64,000 nt of DNA from Candidatus Falkowbacteria bacterium (GCA_003518055.1 DOZJ01000006.1:43837-107836), one strand, 5' to 3'; shown: positions 8,269-18,170, counted from the stretch's first letter. Made by a program: numbers and translations. Notes: generated by a model not told the origin, from the letters alone.

Positions 8269-10113
8269 TTACTCTTCTTTTATAAAGGTGACGATGGTTT
8301 CGCCTTCTTCCAGACCGCTGATGATTTCAATCAAACCATTGTCGGCGCGGAGACCGGTTTGCACCTCTACCTCATGAATTTTTTCGCCGTCAAGAACACG
8401 GACGATTTTTTTGTCGTCTTGGTCAATGATGGCGCGTCTGGGGATAAACAAAATATTATTTTTGCTGGCTGTGCGAATGGTGACGTTGGCGGTCATGCCG
8501 GGTTTGATGTCTTGATCAAATTTATCGAATAAAATGGTGACGCGGTAATAAATTACGTCCTGAATGACGGTTTCGGCCGGTTCAATTTCAGACACCGAAC
8601 CGGTGAATAAAACATCTTCACCGTAGGCGTCGAGGGTGATGTCCACTTGGTTATCGACGTGAATTTTGGTAATGTCGGTTTCGGAAATATCAACGGTGAT
8701 TTTGTAGCCATTGTCATTGATGAGCGAGACAGCGGTTTCGGTGGCAGAGATATTTTCTCCCGGATCAAAGTTGATTTTGCTGATGAGGCCGTCAATCGGT
8801 GCTTTGAGCATGGTATCTTCGTAATTTTCAGCGGCTAAATTATAGGCGGCGGCCAGATTTTCCATCTGCGCTTGATAGGCTTTGACATCATAAGATCGGG
8901 CAGGTGCGGTTTTGAACTCAAGCTGGGCTTTGGTCAGCTCCCACGAGGCTTTGGCGCTGTTGACCTGATTCTCAGCTGCGAGAAGGGAGGAATCTCGCGT
9001 GGCGGCAGCTGAATTGTAATTGGCTTCGGCGATCGCGACGGCCTGCTCAGATGTGACAACACTGGCGTCGTAAGAATTGAGATTGCTGACCCGATCGAGT
9101 CGAGCGTCAAGGAGATTTTGTCGGGCAGTTTCAAGGGTTGAAAGATCGGCGGCAACAGTTGAAAGCTGGGTTGCCACGGCGGTTTTGTAGGCGGAAATAT
9201 CAGATGAAGTCAGATTGCTTGAGGGATAAGTGTTGACCAAAACTTGATATAAATTGCTCATTTCAGAATGAGTGGCGGAAACGGCATTAACCGCGGCGTT
9301 GATGGTCGTCAAAATGGTTTCGGCCGGAGAGTCGATGGTGGTGGTGGCCGCGGCGTTTAGTGCTTGGTTGACTAGATTTTTGGCCAAGGTGTAAGAAAGT
9401 GATTCATCGTTCAAAGCTTGAGGATCGGCCAAGCCAAAATAGCCGGAGTTGGCGTCTTCTTTGATTTCTTTGGCTTTGCCAAGTGCCACTTCGGAGTTAG
9501 CCAAAGCGATGGCGGTTTTGGCAAGAGCAATATTGGTGTAGTTTATCACCGCTTGTTCCTGATTGTTTGTGGTATCACCCAAACTTTGTCTCGCTTCATC
9601 TAGGTCGGCTTGGGCTTTGACCAATGATTCATATGAAGCGGTCAGGTCGCTCGCGGTTTTTTGTTGGACGATTAACAAATTTCTTTCCGCGTTTTGGAAT
9701 TCAATATAGGCTTGATCAACGGTTTTTTGGGATACGTTGATATCTTCAGGACTGGCGCCGGCAATAATTTTTTGAAGATTGGCTTCAGCCTGCTTCAAGC
9801 TAGCGGCCGCTTGGGACTTTTGAAAACCGTTTTTGCTGCCGTTGAGGATAGCCAAGATGTCGCCGCGTTTTACTAAGTCACCGACGCGAACTTTGTTCTC
9901 CACCAGTTGCCCGCCTGTTTGGAAGTGCAGATCGATATCAACGGCGGCTTCAACCGAGCCGGTAGCATCAACCGTTTGTTCGAGCGTGCCTTTGGCCACG
10001 ATGGCGGTTGAGTATTCAATTTTCGGCTGGCCGGACATGGACGCAAAAACGATTATAACCACGATGATTACAATTAGGATCAGCCACCAGAGTTTTTTGA
10101 GAAGAAATTTCAT
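8269..10113 (-). CDS. HlyD/MacA-family periplasmic adaptor (membrane fusion protein) with very long coiled-coil hairpin
   Basis: N-terminal TM anchor, biotin-lipoyl-like VRVGDLVKRGDILAIL, ~350 aa Ala/Gln-rich coiled coil, C-terminal beta-barrel; heads ATPase+2 permease operon. Confidence 0.7.
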   Translation of the reverse strand: MKFLLKKLWWLILIVIIVVIIVFASMSGQPKIEYSTAIVAKGTLEQTVDATGSVEAAVDIDLHFQTGGQLVENKVRVGDLVKRGDILAILNGSKNGFQKSQAAASLKQAEANLQKIIAGASPEDINVSQKTVDQAYIEFQNAERNLLIVQQKTASDLTASYESLVKAQADLDEARQSLGDTTNNQEQAVINYTNIALAKTAIALANSEVALGKAKEIKEDANSGYFGLADPQALNDESLSYTLAKNLVNQALNAAATTTIDSPAETILTTINAAVNAVSATHSEMSNLYQVLVNTYPSSNLTSSDISAYKTAVATQLSTVAADLSTLETARQNLLDARLDRVSNLNSYDASVVTSEQAVAIAEANYNSAAATRDSSLLAAENQVNSAKASWELTKAQLEFKTAPARSYDVKAYQAQMENLAAAYNLAAENYEDTMLKAPIDGLISKINFDPGENISATETAVSLINDNGYKITVDISETDITKIHVDNQVDITLDAYGEDVLFTGSVSEIEPAETVIQDVIYYRVTILFDKFDQDIKPGMTANVTIRTASKNNILFIPRRAIIDQDDKKIVRVLDGEKIHEVEVQTGLRADNGLIEIISGLEEGETIVTFIKEE

Positions 10114-10160
10114 AATTACAAATCTACGAATATTACAAATACTGCAAATACATGGAAGAA
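10114..10160 (-). promoter_or_regulatory. T(T/C)GTAAT direct-repeat array directly 5' of efflux MFP start codon (no SD)
   Basis: minus-sense reads TTTGTAATATTCGTAGATTTGTAATT-ATG. Confidence 0.5.
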
Positions 10161-10192
10161 GAGTCTGAAATCGTATCCAAAAGTTAATAATA

Positions 10193-10435
10193 TTATTTTT
10201 TCTTTTTTTTGATAGTCTTATTCAGCGTGTTGAGTTTTTCAGATAGGGTGCTGATAAAACTTTCCAAACCGGATAGCTTGACGAGGGCAATCATTTCGTC
10301 GTGGGGACCAAAAACCAAGAGTTGGTCTCCTTTGGTCAGTTTCATTTTTTTTCTGGCGGCGTTTGGAATGACTATTTGGCCTTTCTCACCGATTGTAGCC
10401 GTGCCATAAAATTTTTTTGATGAATCGTTTGTCAT
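10193..10435 (-). CDS. AbrB/MazE/SpoVT-family swapped-hairpin DNA-binding protein
   Basis: GTATIGEKGQIVIPNAARKKMKLTKGDQLLVF resembles AbrB N-domain; immediately upstream of efflux operon. Confidence 0.55.
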   Translation of the reverse strand: MTNDSSKKFYGTATIGEKGQIVIPNAARKKMKLTKGDQLLVFGPHDEMIALVKLSGLESFISTLSEKLNTLNKTIKKKKK

Positions 10436-10498
10436 ATTCTTACAAGTAGGAAAAGTATAACTTATCTAATTGTAAATGTTGAATTAAAAAATGTCAAG

Positions 10499-12019
10499 TT
10501 AATTTTTTAGGGCTTTTTTTAGAGATGCCTCGGCTTTTTGGGGGTTGACTTTGCCGCCTGATTGTTTCATGACTTGACCGACAAGAAATTTGATAATCGG
10601 CTCTTTGCCGGCGCGATAGTCAGCCACCTGTTCAGGAAAAGCTTTGATGACAGAGGTGATTACGGTCATGATTTCAGTGTCGTCGTCAATTTGTTCCAGA
10701 CCATATTCCTGCAATATTTGAGATGGATCAGCGCCTTTATCGATCATCACATTCAAAACTTTGACGGCGTTGGCGCTGCCGATTTTGTTTTGATGAAGCA
10801 GCGTGATGAATTCCGCGAAGTTTTCCGCGGTCACTTTGGTGTCATCAAAGTTGAGGTTTTTTTCCGTCAGGGAGGTAATGAAATTATTGATGAGCCAGCT
10901 GGTGGCCAGCTTGATAAGTTTCTTTTTTTCTTGATTCCAATTTAAATCAGAACTGGTGATCCAAGCTTCGAGTTCGGAAATTATTTGTTCAAAATAGTCG
11001 GCCAGCCGGCGGTTTTGAGTCAGGATTTTGGCTTCTTCGCCGGTATGAGTGTATTCTTGGCTGAAACGGCGGCGTTTGGCTTGAGGCAGTTCGGGCAAAC
11101 TTAATTTTAACAATTCAAACAGCTCGGAGGAAAAGGTCATGGGTGGAATATCCGGTTCGGGGAAGTAGCGGTAATCAGCTGAGCCTTCTTTGGTGCGTTG
11201 AGATTTTGTCTCGCCGGTGGTGTCGTCATAGCCTCTGGTTTCTTGGACCGCCGGTGCTTTGTTATCCAGCCACAAAGCGGTTTGGCGTTTGATTTCAAAA
11301 GTCAGCGCCCGTTCGAGCGATCGAAAAGAATTGATGTTTTTAACTTCGGTTTTCGGATAGAGTTTGGTTTCACCTTCCGGTCTGAGGGAAATGTTGGCGT
11401 CGCAGCGCAGGTGGCCTTTTTCCATATCCGCGTTGGAAATATTGAGGTGGCGCATGAGCAGCTGTAATTCTTGGGCAAAGGTTTTAGCTTCGAGTGGGGT
11501 GGAGAAGTCGGGGTCGGTGACAATTTCAATCAGCGGCGCGCCGCCGCGGTTGTAGTCGACCAACGTGGCGTTTTGATCTTTGTCGTGAATGGATTTGGCA
11601 GCGTCTTCTTCGATGTGAAGACGAGTGATGCCGATCCGTTTGAGTTCAGAAGCATTTTCCAGACTGCCAGTTAGACCATCAGCGGCGATAGAATTGATGA
11701 TAAATTCTCCATGTTCGGCCATTGGTTTGTCAAATTGAGAAATCTGGTAACCTTTGGGGAGATCAGGATAAAAATAATTTTTTCGGTCAAATTTGATATA
11801 TGAGTTTAAGGTGCAATTCAAAGCCAAGGCCGCGATTTGTGACATTTTAACCGCTTCTTGGTTGACCGTGGGCAAAGTGCCGGGATGACCAAGGCAGATG
11901 GGGCAGATATTGCTGTTTGGTTTGGCAAAATCAGCTTCGTTGGCGCAGGAACAAAACATTTTGCTTCTTGTTTTCATCTGGACGTGGAATTCCAGGCCGA
12001 TGAGGACTTCGTATTTCAT
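10499..12019 (-). CDS. gatB: aspartyl/glutamyl-tRNA(Asn/Gln) amidotransferase subunit B
   Basis: MKYEVLIGLEFHVQ start, CDANISLRP, C-terminal YqeY/GatB domain; track ORF trimmed to conserved Met at 12019. Confidence 0.85.
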   Translation of the reverse strand: MKYEVLIGLEFHVQMKTRSKMFCSCANEADFAKPNSNICPICLGHPGTLPTVNQEAVKMSQIAALALNCTLNSYIKFDRKNYFYPDLPKGYQISQFDKPMAEHGEFIINSIAADGLTGSLENASELKRIGITRLHIEEDAAKSIHDKDQNATLVDYNRGGAPLIEIVTDPDFSTPLEAKTFAQELQLLMRHLNISNADMEKGHLRCDANISLRPEGETKLYPKTEVKNINSFRSLERALTFEIKRQTALWLDNKAPAVQETRGYDDTTGETKSQRTKEGSADYRYFPEPDIPPMTFSSELFELLKLSLPELPQAKRRRFSQEYTHTGEEAKILTQNRRLADYFEQIISELEAWITSSDLNWNQEKKKLIKLATSWLINNFITSLTEKNLNFDDTKVTAENFAEFITLLHQNKIGSANAVKVLNVMIDKGADPSQILQEYGLEQIDDDTEIMTVITSVIKAFPEQVADYRAGKEPIIKFLVGQVMKQSGGKVNPQKAEASLKKALKN

Positions 12020-12203
12020 AGGAGAGAAATTGATCCCGCTCCTCGCGAGAAGCGGGATTGATAGAAATAAATTGAAATTGGTGGAAATTAATCGAAAAGG
12101 GGGGATTTGATTAGTCGTCGGATTACTCAAATAAGACAGTGGTATTTTAACATTAATTTAATGAAAAATAAAGTGGTATTTGAATTGGGGGATTGACAAA
12201 TTG

Positions 12204-12232
12204 TTGACTATTTTATCGCTTTGTGATAAGGT
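12204..12232 (+). promoter_or_regulatory. probable promoter TTGACT-17-TAAGGT feeding GC-rich structured leader
   Basis: good -35, acceptable -10. Confidence 0.4.
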
Positions 12233-12297
12233 GAGCTGTCAGGGCGAGAGCTCTGGCGCACCCATAAGGGCGGCCGAGAGGCCGTATAGAATCGGCT

Positions 12298-13074
12298 TTG
12301 GGAAAAGCCGGGCAATGGGAGGGCCCGATGGAAGAAGGGAAAATGGATAGAGATGGTCGAATTCTAGATAAGACATTGGAGTCATTTGTGAAATGGCTTG
12401 AGGCTCATCCAAGTTATCCCATGGGTTTTTGTTTGCGGGGGTTGTTTGAAATGAGTGAAGGGATGAAGCCCGCTTCAGGCATCGGCAAGGTTCAAGTATT
12501 GCTCACGGGGGCTGGGAGAGCTTTCTATGGGGATGAATCTTTTGATTTGGTTCAACAGTTTTTTAAAACCGCAGTTCTTATGTCTGACTCGTTTACTTCT
12601 GCGATTGATTTTGTCGTGTTTTTGAGGCAAATGATTGATCGGATTGATCAGCGGGAAGCCATTTTGCTGGGTAATAATTTTGAATGGCCGGTCAGGGAGA
12701 CGTTGTTGCTCGCTGTTTGTTCCGGAGTAATGAGAGCATGTGTGGAATTACTGAAGGAGAGAAAGAATGATTTTGATTTTTTGGTAGGTCCTTTCAACGC
12801 TTTGGTTCAACAGGTTATCGCCAGATCCACGTCGGATTCATGTCACAGATGGGTGATTGATGATCTCGGTAACGCGGTGAAAGAATTTTATCAAGTTCTA
12901 TGTCGAAGAGACAAGGCGGCGTATGTAAATATGCGGTCTCGCCTGAAGCAAATTGTTTTGGCTTGTCCTCAGCCAAATTATGGTGTCGTGGCTCAGGAAC
13001 TATTCAAGAGTGTTTTCTATACGTGGGTGACTGAGCAGAGAGGATCGGATCTGATTTTGCTAGTCAATGATTAA
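12298..13074 (+). CDS. hypothetical protein (probable true start ATG 12328) behind GC-rich structured leader
   Basis: 258-aa ORF, no recognisable motif; terminator follows. Confidence 0.4.
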   Translation: MGKAGQWEGPMEEGKMDRDGRILDKTLESFVKWLEAHPSYPMGFCLRGLFEMSEGMKPASGIGKVQVLLTGAGRAFYGDESFDLVQQFFKTAVLMSDSFTSAIDFVVFLRQMIDRIDQREAILLGNNFEWPVRETLLLAVCSGVMRACVELLKERKNDFDFLVGPFNALVQQVIARSTSDSCHRWVIDDLGNAVKEFYQVLCRRDKAAYVNMRSRLKQIVLACPQPNYGVVAQELFKSVFYTWVTEQRGSDLILLVND

Positions 13075-13081
13075 AATAAAT

Positions 13082-13106
13082 CACTGGGAATGAACCAGTG
13101 TTTTTT
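13082..13106 (+). terminator. intrinsic terminator (CACTGG-GAATGAA-CCAGTG-TTTTTT)
   Basis: hand-folded. Confidence 0.6.
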
Positions 13107-13211
13107 ATTTAGATACCCACGCACCAGAACAATGTTCAGTTCGGGGCAGGCAAATTACTAATATTTACGAATATTACAAATTAGATGTGACGGTTATTTT
13201 TGTTGGGTAAA

Positions 13212-14507
13212 CTAATCCTGCGTAGTGGTTTCATTTGTATTATTTGTAACAGATACGTAATTTGTATCTTCAACCTGATTGAAGCACTGGCGGCAAAGCG
13301 GCTCGTATTCACCGGCGCCGCCGATGCCGATTGTTTCCTGCACATCGGTTTTACGGCGGTTTCGAACCGCGTCAGTGCCGCAGCGTGAGCAAATGGCGCC
13401 GAGTTTGGTGACGGATTCCGCCAATGCCAATAGCTCCGGAATGGGGCCGAATGGACGGCTGTCAAAAGTGGTATCGAGGCCGGCCACGATAACTTTGAAC
13501 CCGGTATTGGCTAGATGGTCGCAAATCTGAGGCAGTTGATCATCAAAAAATTGAGCTTCATCGATACCGATAACATCGGTAGCGGTGTTTAAGTGTTTGA
13601 AAATATCTTCAGCGCGGTTGATAATGATTGATTCCATTTGATTTTTGTCATGACTGACGACATGAGTGGCGCTGAACCGCGTATCGAGCGACGGTTTGAA
13701 CAGTTTGACTTTTTTTTGCGCGATCAGGGAGCGTTTTAATCGGCGGATCAGTTCTTCGGTTTTGCCGGCAAACATGGAGCCACAGATGACTTCGAGGCTA
13801 CCGCCGGTTCTTGAGGCGGGAGGCAAAATGGGGGCATCAAGATGGCTAAAAGGCGTTCCGAGCTGCAACAGCGTGCCTACATGGCGCCAGATTTCAAGTG
13901 AAATATCATCGATCGGCTGAGCGGCGTTAATAATTTTCCAGGTATCATTATTTTGGGTTTGATTCAGAAATCCTTGGCGGACCTTGCGATGAAAATCCAA
14001 CTTTTCATTATCAAAGCGGTCATCGGCCAGCGCCCCGCGATCTTGGTTCTGGATAATGCGGTTCAAAGCGACTTCCGGGTCAATGTCGAATAGCAGGGTT
14101 AAATCGGGATCAAAGTCGCCGGTGGCAAAGCAGTTGATGTTTTTTACAGTTTCGAGATCAAATAAACCGCGAGCATAATGTTGGTAGGCTAGAGTTGAAG
14201 CTTGGTAGCGGTCGCAGATGACGATTTTACCCTCATTGATCGCCGGTTGAATGATTTGCCTTACGTGCTGGGCGCGGGAAGCTAGAAATAAAAATAATTC
14301 GGTTTCAGCGGTCATGGCTTTGTGCGCGGGATTTTTGAGAATGGCTCTGATTTCTTCGGCGATGGGGCAGCCGGTGCCTCCGGGTTCTCGGGTAACCAAA
14401 ATATCAAAGCCTTTTTCAGTTAGTTTTTTTTCAAGCACTTTGATTTGGGTGGTTTTGCCTGTGCCTTCGCCGCCTTCAAATACGATGAATTTGCCGTGTG
14501 AGGTCAT
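13212..14507 (-). CDS. tmk-tdk: thymidylate kinase - thymidine kinase fusion protein
   Basis: N-half FEGGEGTGKTTQ...REPGGT (Tmk P-loop/lid); C-half GSMFAGKTEELIRR...VIGIDEAQFF...CSRCG...CRQC (Tdk P-loop and zinc ribbon) in one 431-aa frame. Confidence 0.8.
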   Translation of the reverse strand: MTSHGKFIVFEGGEGTGKTTQIKVLEKKLTEKGFDILVTREPGGTGCPIAEEIRAILKNPAHKAMTAETELFLFLASRAQHVRQIIQPAINEGKIVICDRYQASTLAYQHYARGLFDLETVKNINCFATGDFDPDLTLLFDIDPEVALNRIIQNQDRGALADDRFDNEKLDFHRKVRQGFLNQTQNNDTWKIINAAQPIDDISLEIWRHVGTLLQLGTPFSHLDAPILPPASRTGGSLEVICGSMFAGKTEELIRRLKRSLIAQKKVKLFKPSLDTRFSATHVVSHDKNQMESIIINRAEDIFKHLNTATDVIGIDEAQFFDDQLPQICDHLANTGFKVIVAGLDTTFDSRPFGPIPELLALAESVTKLGAICSRCGTDAVRNRRKTDVQETIGIGGAGEYEPLCRQCFNQVEDTNYVSVTNNTNETTTQD

Positions 14508-14582
14508 AGTGGTGGTTGAACAAGTAATTACATTTTAAATAAAAAGAGAGCCTCAGCCCTCCTTGGTTGTTGCCGATGGGTC

Positions 14583-14894
14583 TTAATTCTCGATCACTTC
14601 CTCGAGAAAAATACGTTCGGAAAAACCGCCGCGTTCTTCCAGTTTGTTTTGGCGCAGGCGTTCGATATCGTTGATGGTCATTTGATGGTATTCTGACAGA
14701 GCGTGGATAACTTCGATAATATCGGCTAGTTCTTCCGGGTCGTCGTTTTCCAGGTAGTCCTCGACTTCTTCTTTGAGTTTGTCCTTTAGCGCTTCAAAAT
14801 ATTCTTCTTGTTCCAGGATTTTGGTTACGGCTTCGTCGCCGTTGTCTTCAATCATTTGGGGCACGAGATCGCGGACGAGTTTATTGGGGCGCAT
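14583..14894 (-). CDS. MazG-like nucleoside triphosphate pyrophosphohydrolase (small all-alpha type)
   Basis: KLVRD..P....E......EEY...L..KL.EE..E......EELADI.EV..AL pattern typical of MazG/PRA-PH-like proteins; trimmed to Met at 14894. Confidence 0.5.
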   Translation of the reverse strand: MRPNKLVRDLVPQMIEDNGDEAVTKILEQEEYFEALKDKLKEEVEDYLENDDPEELADIIEVIHALSEYHQMTINDIERLRQNKLEERGGFSERIFLEEVIEN

Positions 14895-15753
14895 AATTTT
14901 GTTTTGATTTTTGGAGGTTGTGATAAATCGTGGGCGTGGCGGTTTTGACCAGCGGCCACAAGTCAGCAACCACGGATGAATTTAAACCTAACAATTGATT
15001 TATATTTATAGTAAATATCACTTTGTGTTGAAATGCAAGAGGAAGAAGATAGCAGGCGTATGTGGATAAGTCTCCGGAAATTTTGGAGAAGGCGTCGAGG
15101 GAGCGTTTCATGGTCATAACATAGGTGCTGAGCAGGCCGGAATTGACGATTTTTTCGGGGGTGTGGTAGCCAAATGTTGGATTGACCGGCAGCGTGATAA
15201 AGGCTTGGAAGTTGTTGGTTTTCAATTGTTCCAGTTCGAGAAAATTGACGGCGGTTTCAAAAGTATACGATAGAAAATCAAGTTCGGGATAAGATTGATG
15301 GCCGGTAAAGTATTGATTCAAAATGTTTTCTTTTTGTTCCAAGGTCAACATTTTTTGGCGCTCAATAATTTTTTCGTATTTGAGTGGGGTGAATTTTTGA
15401 AACAGAATTCGGACCAAATCGGTTTCTTCTTCCGGGTGTTTAATTATTCGCGTTTCCGGCTTTGATGGCCGCTCAAGCGGGAAATATTGGCTCAGATAGG
15501 ATTCGTATTGCGCGTGATTGGCTGTTTCCGGGTCAATGATGAAATTCGGGTGATAGGCGTGGGGCAGCAGCAGGTCGGTTAGCGGATCGTCAGGAAGCTC
15601 ATTTGTGATCAGTTTGTGCTGCGCCAAAATAAAGTCGATTGTGTCGCGAAATAAAAATTCATATTCCGAATGTCGCAGGGCGGAGAGGTGGTCGGGGAAA
15701 TAATTATTTTTTATGGCTTCGATGGAAATCATGGGATTAGCCGGTTGAACCAA
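14881..15753 (-). CDS. hypothetical protein conserved inside dTTP cluster
   Basis: 290-aa ORF, not ThyX (no RHRxxSxxxxSxR), no P-loop; unknown function. Confidence 0.4.
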   Translation of the reverse strand: MVQPANPMISIEAIKNNYFPDHLSALRHSEYEFLFRDTIDFILAQHKLITNELPDDPLTDLLLPHAYHPNFIIDPETANHAQYESYLSQYFPLERPSKPETRIIKHPEEETDLVRILFQKFTPLKYEKIIERQKMLTLEQKENILNQYFTGHQSYPELDFLSYTFETAVNFLELEQLKTNNFQAFITLPVNPTFGYHTPEKIVNSGLLSTYVMTMKRSLDAFSKISGDLSTYACYLLPLAFQHKVIFTININQLLGLNSSVVADLWPLVKTATPTIYHNLQKSKQNYAPQ

Positions 15754-16165
15754 AGCCGCCGCGTGAGGCGGCTGATATTTGATCGGTTTCGATCAAAGCG
15801 GGTTTGGCAATTTTAACGAGTAAGGCTTGGCCGATCCGATCGCCGCGGGGAACAGTAACTGGTTCGGTAGTAAAATTATAGGCGGCGTAGCGGATTTCAT
15901 CGTCGTCGCCGCAAAAATCTTGATCAATAATTCCAATACCGTTGGCACACATGAGGCCTTTTTTGAGCGGTGTGCTGCTGCGCGAGGCGATTAGGATCAC
16001 GTAATCGTCTGGGACTTTGATAATTAAATTAACCGGAATCAAGGCAATGCTATGCGGATCGATGACGGTTTCAACCCGGGCGTAGAGATCAAAAGCAACC
16101 GAACCGGCGGTTTGATATTCGGGCAGGGGCAATGTTTGGTCGATGCGTTTGATTAGTAATTCCAT
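15737..16165 (-). CDS. dut: dUTP diphosphatase
   Basis: AGSVAFDL, GIIDQDFCGDDDE, C-terminal RGGFGSTG motifs. Confidence 0.85.
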   Translation of the reverse strand: MELLIKRIDQTLPLPEYQTAGSVAFDLYARVETVIDPHSIALIPVNLIIKVPDDYVILIASRSSTPLKKGLMCANGIGIIDQDFCGDDDEIRYAAYNFTTEPVTVPRGDRIGQALLVKIAKPALIETDQISAASRGGFGSTG

Positions 16166-16197
16166 GTAAAATCGGGGTTAACAAGGGAAGTCAAGGG

Positions 16198-16749
16198 TTA
16201 TTTTTGATATTTTTTAATTAGATTGTCCAATGCGGTTTGAAGGTCGGAAATCGTACCGTTGTTATCGAGTTGGATATCAGCTTTTTCGCTGACAACGGCA
16301 ATCAGTTTTTCGGCTTCCTTTTCATGATCAGCCAAAAATTGGTTGAAAGTTTTGTCTTTGTCATCGGTTTTTTCCGAGCGTTGAACTAATCGTTGGTAGC
16401 GGGTTTTGATATCAGCAAAAATGTGGATCAAGACAAAGCCATCAAGTGGTTGCAGCAGTTCAATGTCTTGCGGCCGCCGAATGCCGTCAACACAGATTAT
16501 GGCAGCGCGGTCGGTTTTTACATCGCTGGTCAGGACCTGCGCCAAAATGTCTTGGCCGAAAGTTTCTCTCAGCATTTGTGAGGTTTGTTGCAGGTGGTCG
16601 CGGTCAGCGGGCAGGTGGAGCCGATTAACAATATCAAAAAGTGGCGTGGAAAAACGATAGTATCCAGCCTGATATTTTTTTACGATATGATCGCAGGCGC
16701 TGCCTTTGCCGCTGGCGATCTGGCCGACAAAGCCGAGGATGAGTTTCAT
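16198..16749 (-). CDS. P-loop nucleotide/nucleoside kinase (dNMP-kinase-like, exact substrate unknown)
   Basis: Walker A GQIASGKGS at N-terminus, ~180 aa, embedded in deoxynucleotide cluster. Confidence 0.5.
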   Translation of the reverse strand: MKLILGFVGQIASGKGSACDHIVKKYQAGYYRFSTPLFDIVNRLHLPADRDHLQQTSQMLRETFGQDILAQVLTSDVKTDRAAIICVDGIRRPQDIELLQPLDGFVLIHIFADIKTRYQRLVQRSEKTDDKDKTFNQFLADHEKEAEKLIAVVSEKADIQLDNNGTISDLQTALDNLIKKYQK

Positions 16750-16800
16750 AGTAGATACAAATTACGAATATTTACAAATATTACAAATTACGAATTAATG
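16750..16800 (-). promoter_or_regulatory. T(T/C)GTAAT x4 array directly 5' of P-loop kinase start (no SD)
   Basis: minus-sense TTCGTAATTTGTAATATTTGTAAATATTCGTAATTTGTATCTACT-ATG. Confidence 0.5.
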
Positions 16801-16806
16801 GTAGGT

Positions 16807-17379
16807 TTATATAATCCATTTTATATCTTGTGGTCGGACGTTTTCTTGTTTGGCTAGTCGGAGTTCAATTTCTTTCATCAAGGCGATACGTTTTTCGCGG
16901 GTGAAAATCTGATCGGCGTTTTCTACCAGAAAGACACGTTTAAGGCCGAATTTAATTATATGATTCCAGCAGTTTTCACACGCCCACCAGTGGCCGAATA
17001 AATACAAGTCAGCGCCGGCCGGATCAGCGCCGAGCGCGATGGCGTCATCAATGGCCGCCACTTCGGCATGAGATGTCTGCTGGCATTCGTTCAGGCAAAG
17101 TTCATAGCCGGTGCCGGTCGGGCAGTTGTTTTTGTAGCGGGGGCATAATGGTACGAAGCGGCCGGCATTGGAACCGCGGCCAATGATTTTTTCTTCTTTG
17201 ACCAAAACCGCGCCGGTCGGCCACCATGAGCAGGCGACTTTGTCTTCGGCTGCTTGTTTGGCGGCAATCATAAAGGGATCGTCGAGCGGCACAAAGTGGA
17301 AAATTCGGCCGGTTGGTAAATATGGATATTCTACTGTTGCGGTGAACTTGGAGGGGGAATTTTGGTCAATAATTGCCAT
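16807..17379 (-). CDS. dCMP deaminase (cytidine/deoxycytidylate deaminase zinc-binding family)
   Basis: HAEVAAI ... WACENCW zinc-ligand motifs. Confidence 0.8.
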   Translation of the reverse strand: MAIIDQNSPSKFTATVEYPYLPTGRIFHFVPLDDPFMIAAKQAAEDKVACSWWPTGAVLVKEEKIIGRGSNAGRFVPLCPRYKNNCPTGTGYELCLNECQQTSHAEVAAIDDAIALGADPAGADLYLFGHWWACENCWNHIIKFGLKRVFLVENADQIFTREKRIALMKEIELRLAKQENVRPQDIKWII

Positions 17380-17414
17380 TGAGGTTGGAGAGGCTGTTAT
17401 TAGGGAGGTTGGAG

Positions 17415-18062
17415 TTAGGTTTTTTTTTTGAGTTGATCAAGATTACCGGATCGGAGAATATCAAGTTCAGCGTGCGAGTCCAGCTTGCTGGTTAGCCCGT
17501 ACGGCGTGGCGCTGTCATATTTTGAGGCGTCGAGTCCATGCATTTGGGCGTCTTCCGTGGACATATCGGTTTGCAGTTCGTGTAGAACCATTTGACACAG
17601 CCGTTCTCCGGGATAAATTTTCAAGACATGGTGAGATTGATTGGTAATCGGGATGGTCAGGTGGCCGGAGTAGTGGGGATTGACAACCCCGCTTTCAATC
17701 GCCAAGCCTCGGCGAGAGGCTGAACTTCTGGCGTGCAGGACGCCGCAGAGTTTGCCGCTCAGAGTGACCTTTTCCAAGCTGGAGGCGAGGATCATTTCGC
17801 CGGGGAGAATTTCAAAATATTGTTCGGGTTTTAATTTTACCAACTGGAAATTTTCGTGCGTAGTGGAATAATCCATATAATCGGCCACTACGGCGACGCG
17901 GCCTTTGTCGGTGAATTTCCAGATATAGGGAATGTAAAAACTCCAGCCGATGCGAAGATCGATGGACGCCGGCTGTAATTGATATTCATCCAATTCCGGT
18001 TCGATTTTCAGCTCTTGGGCGGTAATTTTTTGGAGAATGGCCGGCCGGGTTAAAATTGACAT
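17415..18062 (-). CDS. dcd: dCTP deaminase
   Basis: SIDLRIG, LHARSSASRRGL, GVVNPHYSGHLT motifs. Confidence 0.8.
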   Translation of the reverse strand: MSILTRPAILQKITAQELKIEPELDEYQLQPASIDLRIGWSFYIPYIWKFTDKGRVAVVADYMDYSTTHENFQLVKLKPEQYFEILPGEMILASSLEKVTLSGKLCGVLHARSSASRRGLAIESGVVNPHYSGHLTIPITNQSHHVLKIYPGERLCQMVLHELQTDMSTEDAQMHGLDASKYDSATPYGLTSKLDSHAELDILRSGNLDQLKKKT

Positions 18063-18141
18063 AATGGTTGGGGTTAATGTTTATAAAAAGTATACAGTAT
18101 ATGTGGGTGAACGGTAAAGGCGAAATTAGAGAGTGTAGTAT

Positions 18142-18170
18142 TTGACAATGTTTTTATTTCGTGTTATAAT
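18142..18170 (+). promoter_or_regulatory. sigma70-type promoter TTGACA-17-TATAAT
   Basis: perfect consensus. Confidence 0.65.
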
